Assembly (NCBI GenBank): GCA_002269645.1
Contig: NIVC01000939.1
Location: 186,001 to 250,000, forward strand
From: Macrostomum lignano
Taxonomy: Eukaryota
Reading direction: 5' to 3'
DNA: 64,000 bases
Shown here: one piece after another, positions 24,955 through 36,100 of the stretch
Layout of the letters: every line of letters starts with the position of its first letter
How positions within the stretch are numbered: position 1 is the first letter of the stretch
The notes under the pieces: generated by a model
Seen by the model: only the letters and a program-made list of their open reading frames with translations
Database searches by the model: none
Told to the model about the DNA's origin: nothing
Translations under genes and position numbers: made by a program

Positions 24955-25190
24955 GCTGTGAGTGCTTGTGGGAGTGCTTGTGGGAGTGCTTGTGGAAGTG
25001 CTTGTGGGAGTGCTTGTGGAAGCGCTTGTGGGAGTGCTTGTGGGAGTGCTTGTGGGAGTGCTTGTGGAAGTGCTTGTGGGAGTGCTTGTGGGAGTGCTTG
25101 TGGGAGTGCTTGTGGGAGTGCTTGTGGGAGTGCTTGTGGGAGTGCTTGTTGGAGTGCTTGTTGGAGTGCTAGTGGGAATGCTAGTAATTA
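24955..25190. repeat. 12-bp minisatellite (GGGAGTGCTTGT)
   Basis: About 19 copies upstream of the channel gene. Confidence 0.95.
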
Positions 25191-26287
25191 GTTCAGCCAT
25201 TTTCAAGGAGATTATCAAGATATGACTGCATGCTGAATGATGGTTATCGCAGGAGCACCTGTGCAGCTACCTGGCTGACAAAAACTGATAAGATCAGATG
25301 ATAATTATTGATAGAACCGCCTCCCCATTTACTTTGTTTGAAAAAACTGCTTGTATAAAAAGCAATTAACGAGCACTTGGTCTTGACAACCCGCAACTGG
25401 CTAACTGGATGGAATCAATTATAAGCTTCTTTATAAAGCTAATATGAAGCCTCAGTTGCATTTTGGCTTGCGCCATGTCTTTGATGAATTTTGCTAGAAT
25501 TTCAATTAAGTCTGGACCATCTTCATGAGTTATTCGGTAAATTTATTTATCCTCTTCAGTAAGGTTTTTAAATTCGAAACTTTATCCCGAGATTTCCTGT
25601 TCAAATTTATCACGGGAAGCAACTATAAAATTTCCAAATGCACTTAAGTGAACTTCGCTTTCTAACTTCTACATGGCACTTTTGGCAGATTTTCAAATTC
25701 CAAAGTGCGCGTCACCTCGGGACGATTTTGGCCACAGACGGTCTGAATTGAATTTCATCTGTTTCAATGGAATGAAACTTCGTTTAAATTGAATCTCCGC
25801 AAGCGCTGGGGCTTCTTTAAGTGTTTGAATTGAAGTCCTGCTTGTTTCAAACAAGAATTGTTCAAACTAGGAGGTAAAATGGAGTAATAAAGGCAGTCTG
25901 CCCAGCCCTGACTTCCAGCTAATCAACATTTTGGCTGACTTGTAGAACTGCTTCGGGTAAATCAAGCGCAGCATCGGTGGGGTGGGTGAGCGGTTGGAGA
26001 TCATGCAACCCCCGGAGCCAGCAATCATCCATCATTTTCAAGGATCCACCTTCCTAATTTTAGGAGGCAGTTTTCCGAAAAAATACACTGCGGAGATAGA
26101 AAGTTTTCATTTTTCAGCACAAAAATTGTTATTGCTTTCGATAGGAGGCAGACCCAATGTTCATATTATGCTTATATGTTTTGTTTTGCATATACATGTA
26201 TGCTTTGATATGTTCTGCCTCTCTTATAGCTCTAGTGCAATTCATAAAGCGTTTCTATACTATACTAATTTTCTTATTCTACGAGTA

Positions 26288-29200
26288 TGTGGAGTGAGCT
26301 ATCTAGGGTATACAGTATCAGTGGAGTGAGCTATCTAGGGTATACAGTATCAGTGGAGTGAGCTATCTAGGGTATACAGTATCAGTGGAGTGAGCTATTT
26401 AGGGTATACAGTATCAGTGGAGTGAGCTATTTAGGGTATACAGTATCAGTGGAGTGAGCTATTTAGGGTATACAGTATCAGTGGAGTGAGCTATTTAGGG
26501 TATACAGTATCAGTGGAGTGAGCTATTTAGGGTATACAGTATCAGTGGAGTGAGCTATTTAGGGTATACAGTATCAGTGGAGTGAGCTATTTAGGGTATA
26601 CAGTATCAGTGGAGTGAGCTATTTAGGGTATACAGTATCAGTGGAGTGAGCTATTTAGGGTATACAGTATCAGTGGAGTGAGCTATTTAGGGTATACAGT
26701 ATCAGTGGAGTGAGCTATTTAGGGTATACAGTATCAGTGGAGTGAGCTATTTAGGGTATACAGTATCAGTGGAGTGAGCTATTTAGGGTATACAGTATCA
26801 GTGGAGTGAGCTATTTAGGGTATACAGTATCAGTGGAGTGAGCTATTTAGGGTATACAGTATCAGTGGAGTGAGCTATTTAGGGTATACAGTATCAGTGG
26901 AGTGAGCTATTTAGGGTATACAGTATCAGTGGAGTGAGCTATTTAGGGTATACAGTATCAGTGGAGTGAGCTATTTAGGGTATACAGTATCAGTGGAGTG
27001 AGCTATTTAGGGTATACAGTATCAGTGGAGTGAGCTATTTAGGGTATACAGTATCAGTGGAGTGAGCTATTTAGGGTATACAGTATCAGTGGAGTGAGCT
27101 ATTTAGGGTATACAGTATCAGTGGAGTGAGCTATTTAGGGTATACAGTATCAGTGGAGTGAGCTATTTAGGGTATACAGTATCAGTGGAGTGAGCTATTT
27201 AGGGTATACAGTATCAGTGGAGTGAGCTATTTAGGGTATACAGTATCAGTGGAGTGAGCTATTTAGGGTATACAGTATCAGTGGAGTGAGCTATTTAGGG
27301 TATACAGTATCAGTGGAGTGAGCTATTTAGGGTATACAGTATCAGTGGAGTGAGCTATTTAGGGTATACAGTATCAGTGGAGTGAGCTATTTAGGGTATA
27401 CAGTATCTGTGGAGTGAGCTATTTAGGGTATACAGTATCAGTGGAGTGAGCTATTTAGGGTATACAGTATCAGTGGAGTGAGCTATTTAGGGTATACAGT
27501 ATCAGTGGAGTGAGCTATTTAGGGTATACAGTATCAGTGGAGTGAGCTATTTAGGGTATACAGTATCAGTGGAGTGAGCTATTTAGGGTATACAGTATCT
27601 GTGGAGTGAGCTATTTAGGGTATACAGTATCAGTGGAGTGAGCTATTTAGGGTATACAGTATCTGTGGAGTGAGCTATTTAGGGTATACAGTATCAGTGG
27701 AGTGAGCTATTTAGGGTATACAGTATCAGTGGAGTGAGCTATTTAGGGTATACAGTATCAGTGGAGTGAGCTATTTAGGGTATACAGTATCTGTGGAGTG
27801 AGCTATTTAGGGTATACAGTATCAGTGGAGTGAGCTATTTAGGGTATACAGTATCTGTGGAGTGAGCTATTTAGGGTATACAGTATCAGTGGAGTGAGCT
27901 ATTTAGGGTATACAGTATCAGTGGAGTGAGCTATTTAGGGTATACAGTATCTGTGGAGTGAGCTATTTAGGGTATACAGTATCAGTGGAGTGAGCTATTT
28001 AGGGTATACAGTATCAGTGGAGTGAGCTATTTAGGGTATACAGTATCAGTGGAGTGAGCTATTTAGGGTATACAGTATCTGTGGAGTGAGCTATTTAGGG
28101 TATACAGTATCAGTGGAGTGAGCTATTTAGGGTATACAGTATCAGTGGAGTGAGCTATTTAGGGTATACAGTATCAGTGGAGTGAGCTATTTAGGGTATA
28201 CAGTATCAGTGGAGTGAGCTATTTAGGGTATACAGTATCTGTGGAGTGAGCTATTTAGGGTATACAGTATCTGTGGAGTGAGCTATTTAGGGTATACAGT
28301 ATCAGTGGAGTGAGCTATTTAGGGTATACAGTATCAGTGGAGTGAGCTATTTAGGGTATACAGTATCAGTGGAGTGAGCTATTTAGGGTATACAGTATCA
28401 GTGGAGTGAGCTATTTAGGGTATACAGTATCTGTGGAGTGAGCTATTTAGGGTATACAGTATCAGTGGAGTGAGCTATTTAGGGTATACAGTATCTGTGG
28501 AGTGAGCTATTTAGGGTATACAGTATCAGTGGAGTGAGCTATTTAGGGTATACAGTATCAGTGGAGTGAGCTATTTAGGGTATACAGTATCAGTGGAGTG
28601 AGCTATTTAGGGTATACAGTATCAGTGGAGTGAGCTATTTAGGGTATACAGTATCAGTGGAGTGAGCTATTTAGGGTATACAGTATCAGTGGAGTGAGCT
28701 ATTTAGGGTATACAGTATCAGTGGAGTGAGCTATTTAGGGTATACAGTATCAGTGGAGTGAGCTATTTAGGGTATACAGTATCAGTGGAGTGAGCTATTT
28801 AGGGTATACAGTATCAGTGGAGTGAGCTATTTAGGGTATACAGTATCTGTGGAGTGAGCTATTTAGGGTATACAGTATCAGTGGAGTGAGCTATTTAGGG
28901 TATACAGTATCAGTGGAGTGAGCTATTTAGGGTATACAGTATCAGTGGAGTGAGCTATTTAGGGTATACAGTATCTGTGGAGTGAGCTATTTAGGGTATA
29001 CAGTATCAGTGGAGTGAGCTATTTAGGGTATACAGTATCAGTGGAGTGAGCTATCTAGGGTATACAGTATCAGTGGAGTGAGCTATTTAGGGTATACAGT
29101 ATCAGTGGAGTGAGTCATCTAGGGTATACAGTATCTGTGGAGTGAGTCATCTAGGGTATACAGTATCAGTGGAGTGAGTCATCTAGGGTATACAGTATCT

Positions 29201-29572
29201 GTGGAGTGAGCCATCTAGGGTATACAGTATCTGTGGAGTGAGTCATCTAGGGTATACAGTATCTGTGGAGTGAGCCATCTAGGGTATACAGTATCTGTGG
29301 AGTGAGTCATCTAGGGTATACAGTATCTGTGGAGTGAGTCATCTAGGGTATACAGTATCAGTGGAGTGAGCCATCAGTGGAGTGAGTCATCTAGGGTATA
29401 CAGTATCTGTGGAGTGAGCCATCTGGGGTATACAGTATCTGTGGAGTGAGCCATCTAGGGTATACAGTATCTGTGGAGTGAGTCATCTAGGGTATACAGT
29501 ATCTGTGGAGTGAGTCATCTAGGGTATACAGTATCAGTGGAGTGAGCCATCTAGGGTATACAGTATCAGTGG
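26288..29572. repeat. 32-bp satellite (GTGGAGTGAGCTATTTAGGGTATACAGTATCA), one TTAGGG per unit
   Basis: About 100 copies; CTAGGG variants at both edges. Confidence 0.97.
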
Positions 29573-29887
29573 TATTCGCTAGAACTTTCTTTATTACTTC
29601 CGCTTGAAAACACACGTGCCTCGAACGTGCTTCATTTGCAAGTCGGAAATCCGGAAGTTGAAATATCGCCAATGTTTTGGGCTAAACATTGAAAACTCCC
29701 AATCTTATAGCGAGTGCTGATTCTGTCTGCAGTGACGAGATGACAAACGGAAGAAACTTGCAGACTTCGCAATGGTTGAGAAAACAATTTATTGGCTGTG
29801 AAAAGACGGTTACAGACGTTGACAATGGTGCACATGCAGCAAGTGTTGAGAGTCTGTTTTCATTGTCCCATCTCCTGAAGGGCTGCT

Positions 29888-32682
29888 TCAGCGGTGCAAC
29901 TTGGCGGCCTGCTGCCTTTTCGCTGGCGGCGTCATGATGTACACAATCTGCGAGGCCTTGCTGTACAGCTGGTCGAGGTCCTCCTCGCGCATCAGCTCCT
30001 CGATGCGCGGCGACTGGGTGCCCTCGTAGCGGCCAGCGGGCGCGGCCGACTCCGCTGCTCGGTGCTCGCCCGCGGTGGCGGCTGCCGAAGTGGCCTGGGC
30101 TTCCTCGGTGGCCGGCTCGGACTCTGCGAGCTGGAATGGAGCAGGCGGGCACTGAGTTGACACCCCCGAGATTAAAAAGACTCATCAGAAATTGTAAATC
30201 ATTTCCACCAGCTTGAAACCTTGCGATTTCGTTGTTTCGAATCTGCCAGCCCTAGTGGCGCCAAAACAAGGGACGACAGCCCTAGTGGCGCCAAAACAAG
30301 GGACGACAGCCCTAGTGGCGCCAAAACAAGGGACGACAGCCCTAGTGGCGCCAAAACAAGGGACGACAGCCCTAGTGGCGCCAAAACAAGGGACGACAGC
30401 CCTAGTGGCGCCAAAACAAGGGACGACAGCCCTAGTGGCGCCAAAACAAGGGACGACAGCCCTAGTGGCACCAAAACAAGGGATGACAGCCTTAGTGGCG
30501 CCAAAACATGGGACGGCAGCCCTAGTGTCTCCAAAACATGGGACGACAGCCCTAGGGACACCAGCTCTAGTGACATCAACCCAAGTGGCGCCAACCCTAG
30601 TGACACCAGCCCTAGTGGCGCCAGCCCTAGTGGCGCCAGCCCTAGTGGCGCCAGCCCTAGTGGCGCCAACCCTAGTGGCGCCAGCCCTAGTGGCGCCAAC
30701 CCTAGTGGCGCCAACCCTAAAGGCGCCAGCCCTCGTGACACCAGCCCTAGTGGCGCCAGCCCTAGTGGCGCCAACCCTAGTGGCGCCAACCCTAGAGGCG
30801 CAAGCCCTCGTTACACCAGCCCTAGTGGCGCCAACCCTAGTGGCGCCAACCCTAGAGGCGCAAGCCCTCGTTACGCCAGCCCTAGTGGCGCCAACCCTAG
30901 TGGCGCCAGCCCTAGTGGCGCCAGCCCTAGTGGCGCCAGCCCTAGTGGCGCCAACCCTAGTGGCGCCAACCCTAGAGGCGCCAGCCCTCGTGACACCAGC
31001 CCTAGTGGCGCCAGCCCTAGTGGCGCCAACCCTAGTGGCGCCAACCCTAGAGGCGCAAGCCCTCGTTACACCAGCCCTAGTGGCGCCAACCCTAGTGGCG
31101 CCAACCCTAGAGGCGCAAGCCCTCGTTACGCCAGCCCTAGTGGCGCCAACCCTAGTGGCGCCAGCCCTAGTGGCGCCAGCCCTAGTGGCGCCAGCCCTAG
31201 TGGCGCCAACCCTAGTGGCGCCAACCCTAGAGGCGCCAGCCCTCGTGACACCAGCCCTAGTGGCGCCAGCCCTAGTGGCGCCAACCCTAGTGGCGCCAAC
31301 CCTAGAGGCGCAAGCCCTCGTTACACCAGCCCTAGTGGCGCCAACCCTAGTGGCCCCCAACGCCTAGTGGCGTCAAATCGGGCAAAGAGCGTTGGCAAAT
31401 GAGCTGCACGCAAACTGCAAGACAGTCCGACGCCTCACCTTCTGAGTCTCCGCCGGCTCCGAGTGCGGCTGCCGCCCGGCTTCGTCCGCCTTCCGCTTTT
31501 TCTCCTCTTCGTACTCAGCCAGCTGAGGGCGGCAGGGTTGGTGGGTGCATTTATGCTTTGAGCCGATTCATGGACAGCTAATGTGAGAGGAAAGCTGCAT
31601 GAGTTGCACTGGCCGCTTGCAGGACATTTTCAGCTTTCCGAAACTGCAGCTAAACTTTGCTGTCCACTCGGAATGGATTATTGAAATTCAGGTGCCAATC
31701 ACGTATGGCTTGGTATCTGCATGCCGCACTGAACATCTGCTGTGCAGGTGTTCTTGAGACTTTCCTGAACTGAGCCACAAATTAAAAGAAAGGATTCGTT
31801 GCGGAGCCTCACCGTCTTGTACGGATTCGGCGGCCAGAACTCCTTCCATTCGGCGTCCCGGCCGCGGCGGCCCTCGCCGGCTGCAGCTGCGCCTTTGGCC
31901 TCGCCCGGCTCGATGACGCCATCCAGCACCAGCTTGCGGACCCGGCGGGACTCAGCCTCGGCCAGGCGGCGCTCCTTCTGCTGCTGCATCATCTTGATGG
32001 GGTTTTGTTGGAGCACTGGTCAGTAATTGAGTCTGATTGGGGTCTATATTCATCTGGTGGAAGGTCAAGTGACCAGTGGATGGTCGAGTCACCTAGTGGA
32101 TGGTCGAGTGACCTAGTGGATGGTCGAGTGACCTAGTGGATGGTCGAGTGACCTAGTGGATGAACAAGTGACCTAGTGGATGGTCGAGTGACCTAGTGGA
32201 TGGTCGAGTCACCTAGTGGATGAACAAGTGACCAGTGGATGGTCGAGTCACCTAGTGGATGGTCGAGTCACCTAGTGGATGGTCGAGTGACCTAGTGGAT
32301 GGTCGAGTGACCTAGTGGATGAACAAGTGACCTAGTGGATGGTCGAGTGACCTAGTGGATGGTCGAGTCACCTAGTGGATGGTCAAGTGACCTAGTGGAT
32401 GGTCGAGTGACCTAGTGGATGTTCGAGTGACCTGGTGGATGGTCTAGTGGACCTGATTGAAGGTGTATAGAGATCAGAATACCGATATCTCTGACGTGAC
32501 GTTTTCATGAACATGAAAGAGAAGCTGTACTCGGACAGACTCAAACAGGCAAGAAAACCGCTCACTCTTTGCTTATCTTCCAGCTTCTGCTGCAGCTCCT
32601 GCGCGAAACGCTTGTCGGTGATTTTGGGCTCTCGATCGCCCATCACCTGATCGTAGCGCCTTTGCCTGGGAATGGCTGGCAT
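29888..32682 (-). CDS. Uncharacterised spliced protein (charged, partly coiled-coil-like)
   Basis: Coding-like blocks 32682-32566, 32015-31813 and 30130-29888 (stop). The last two join in phase 0 (YKT|LAES) with GTGAGG/TTCCAG sites. The first junction does not phase (see findings). No family recognised. Confidence 0.55.
30248..31365. repeat. 15/30-bp minisatellite (AGCCCTAGTGGCGCC; 30-mer variant with AAAACAAGGGACGAC) in an intron of the orphan gene
   Basis: Compound array; open frames arise because the unit is a multiple of 3. Confidence 0.95.
32065..32450. repeat. 20-bp minisatellite (GTGACCTAGTGGATGGTCGA)
   Basis: About 19 copies. Confidence 0.93.
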
Positions 32683-33177
32683 GCTTGGCCCTAGCGGAGA
32701 CAGCGAGAGCTGCTCAAGTTGAAGAGTTTACCGGCCGTGTGGGTCAGCTCAGTTTTCAACCCTCCTCCATTTTTTAAATATCTTGCGCAGCGGAGAAATT
32801 CTCAGCATTCAAAGTAAGAAATTTAGAGGCTACTACTTGACCACAAGAACAATATGGGCCAGGAGAGGGACTTAGCGACTCGCCTGTCAGCTCGGAGCGG
32901 GCTTCGCAGTGTGAAAGACCGTTCCAGCTGAGTGCCCCGAGTGCTGCGCGTTGACCCAGGCGATCCGCGTGTGTCAACAATTAAGAGGGCGGGGGCTCCG
33001 CTCCATCCAGCGATAAAAAGGCTGCTTAAGGCAATCAAGAAAGCGCTGAGGCTTCACTGAGCTGCAGGGGCACGACTGTGGCGCCGGTCCAGACTTTTGT
33101 TTATCTTAGTGAGTTTTTTCACATCAACTCGACTGAACTTGCACGCGAGGAGCAAGAGTTTTGCTGAAGGCTAAGAA

Positions 33178-36100
33178 AGGGGATGTCAACTTAAGGCTCT
33201 GGAATGGAGCCCGAAGTTCAGCTCCGGCCCAAACCGACTGAAATCGATAACTTGTCGGCCCAGACGACTAGAATCGCCGAGACATCCCATCCGGCTCCCT
33301 TCCTTGGGGTCCCAGGGGATAAAGGGGATAAAATGGGGATCCACTGATACGGTTTGTGCCTCTCGTTAACACATTTGTCCTGCTTAATGGCAGCAAAGCA
33401 GCACATAGCGGAACATAGTGGCACAGCGGATGTCTCTGCGATTCTAGTCGTCTGGGCCGACAAGTTATCGATTGCAGTCGGTTTGGGCCGGAGCTGAACT
33501 TCGGGCTCCATTCCAGAGCCTTAAGTTGACATGAGATCCCCATTTTATCCCCTTTATCCCCTGGGACCCCAAGGAAGGGAGCCGGATGGGATGTCTCGGC
33601 GATTCTAGTCGTCTGGGCCGACAAGTTATCGATTGCAGTCGGTTTGGGCCGGAGCTGAACTTCGGGCTCTATTCCAGAGCCTTAAGTTGACATGAGATCC
33701 CCATTTTATCCCCTTTATCCCCTGGGACCCCAAGGAAGGGAGCCGGATGGGATGTCTCGGCGATTCTAGTCGTCTGGGCCGACAAGTTATCGATTGCAGT
33801 CGGTTTGGGCCGGAGCTGAACTTCGGGCTCCATTCCAGAGCCTTAAGTTGACATGAGATCCCCATTTTATCCCCTTTATCCCCTGGGACCCCAAGGAAGG
33901 GAGCCGGATGGGATGTCTCGGCGATTCTAGTCGTCTGGGCCGACAAGTTATCGATTGCAGTCGGTTTGGGCCGGAGCTGAACTTCGGGCTCTATTCCAGA
34001 GCCTTAAGTTGACATGAGATCCCCATTTTATCCCCTTTATCCCCTGGGACCCCAAGGAAGGGAGCCGGATGGGATGTCTCGGCGATTCTAGTCGTCTGGG
34101 CCGACAAGTTATCGATTGCAGTCGGTTTGGGCCGGAGCTGAACTTCGGGCTCCATTCCAGAGCCTTAAGTTGACATGAGATCCCCATTTTATCCCCTTTA
34201 TCCCCTGGGACCCCAAGGAAGGGAGCCGGATGGGATGTCTCGGCGATTCTAGTCGTCTGGGCCGACAAGTTATCGATTGCAGTCGGTTTGGGCCGGAGCT
34301 GAACTTCGGGCTCCATTCCAGAGCCTTAAGTTGACATGAGATCCCCATTTTATCCCCTTTATCCCCTGGGACCCCAAGGAAGGGAGCCGGATGGGATGTC
34401 TCGGCGATTCTAGTCGTCTGGGCCGACAAGTTATCGATTGCAGTCGGTTTGGTCCGGAGCTGAACTTCGGGCTCCATTCCAGAGCCTTAAGTTGACATGA
34501 GATCCCCATTTTATCCCCTTTATCCCCTGGGACCCCAAGGAAGGGAGCCGGATGGGATGTCTCGGCGATTCTAGTCGTCTGGGCCGACAAGTTATCGATT
34601 GCAGTCGGTTTGGGCCGGAGCTGAACTTCGGGCTCCATTCCAGAGCCTTAAGTTGACATGAGATCCCCATTTTATCCCCTTTATCCCCTGGGACCCCAAG
34701 GAAGGGAGCCGGATGGGATGTCTCGGCGATTCTAGTCGTCTGGGCCGACAAGTTATCGATTGCAGTCGGTTTGGGCCGGAGCTGAACTTCGGGCTCCATT
34801 CCAGAGCCTTAAGTTGACATGAGATCCCCATTTTATCCCCTTTATCCCCTGGGACCCCAAGGAAGGGAGCCGGATGGGATGTCTCGGCGATTCTAGTCGT
34901 CTGGGCCGACAAGTTATCGATTGCAGTCGGTTTGGGCCGGAGCTGAACTTCGGGCTCCATTCCAGAGCCTTAAGTTGACATGAGATCCCCATTTTATCCC
35001 CTTTATCCCCTGGGACCCCAAGGAAGGGAGCCGGATGGGATGTCTCGGCGATTCTAGTCGTCTGGGCCGACAAGTTATCGATTGCAGTCGGTTTGGGCCG
35101 GAGCTGAACTTCGGGCTCCATTCCAGAGCCTTAAGTTGACATGAGATCCCCATTTTATCCCCTTTATCCCCTGGGACCCCAAGGAAGGGAGCCGGATGGG
35201 ATGTCTCGGCGATTCTAGTCGTCTGGGCCGACAAGTTATCGATTGCAGTCGGTTTGGGCCGGAGCTGAACTTCGGGCTCCATTCCAGAGCCTTAAGTTGA
35301 CATGAGATCCCCATTTTATCCCCTTTATCCCCTGGGACCCCAAGGAAGGGAGCCGGATGGGATGTCTCGGCGATTCTAGTCGTCTGGGCCGACAAGTTAT
35401 CGATTGCAGTCGGTTTGGGCCGGAGCTGAACTTCGGGCTCCATTCCAGAGCCTTAAGTTGACATGAGATCCCCATTTTATCCCCTTTATCCCCTGGGACC
35501 CCAAGGAAGGGAGCCGGATGGGATGTCTCGGCGATTCTAGTCGTCTGGGCCGACAAGTTATCGATTGCAGTCGGTTTGGGCCGGAGCTGAACTTCGGGCT
35601 CCATTCCAGAGCCTTAAGTTGACATGAGATCCCCATTTTATCCCCTTTATCCCCTGGGACCCCAAGGAAGGGAGCCGGATGGGATGTCTCGGCGATTCTA
35701 GTCGTCTGGGCCGACAAGTTATCGATTGCAGTCGGTTTGGGCCGGAGCTGAACTTCGGGCTCCATTCCAGAGCCTTAAGTTGACATGAGATCCCCATTTT
35801 ATCCCCTTTATCCCCTGGGACCCCAAGGAAGGGAGCCGGATGGGATGTCTCGGCGATTCTAGTCGTCTGGGCCGACAAGTTATCGATTGCAGTCGGTTTG
35901 GGCCGGAGCTGAACTTCGGGCTCCATTCCAGAGCCTTAAGTTGACATGAGATCCCCATTTTATCCCCTTTATCCCCTGGGACCCCAAGGAAGGGAGCCGG
36001 ATGGGATGTCTCGGCGATTCTAGTCGTCTGGGCCGACAAGTTATCGATTGCAGTCGGTTTGGGCCGGAGCTGAACTTCGGGCTCCATTCCAGAGCCTTAA

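Noticed and set aside
25366-25644. Protein-like minus-strand frame with two stops (SAFGNFIVASRDKFEQ...)
   Set aside because: No recognisable family, and the stop density is not clearly below chance.
26288-29572. CRISPR-like array (32-bp repeat)
   Set aside because: The units are contiguous with no unique spacers, and the context is eukaryotic.
30185-31402. ~390-aa repetitive ORFs (antifreeze- or mucin-like)
   Set aside because: A 15/30-bp intronic array open in several frames; the flanking exons splice around it in phase.
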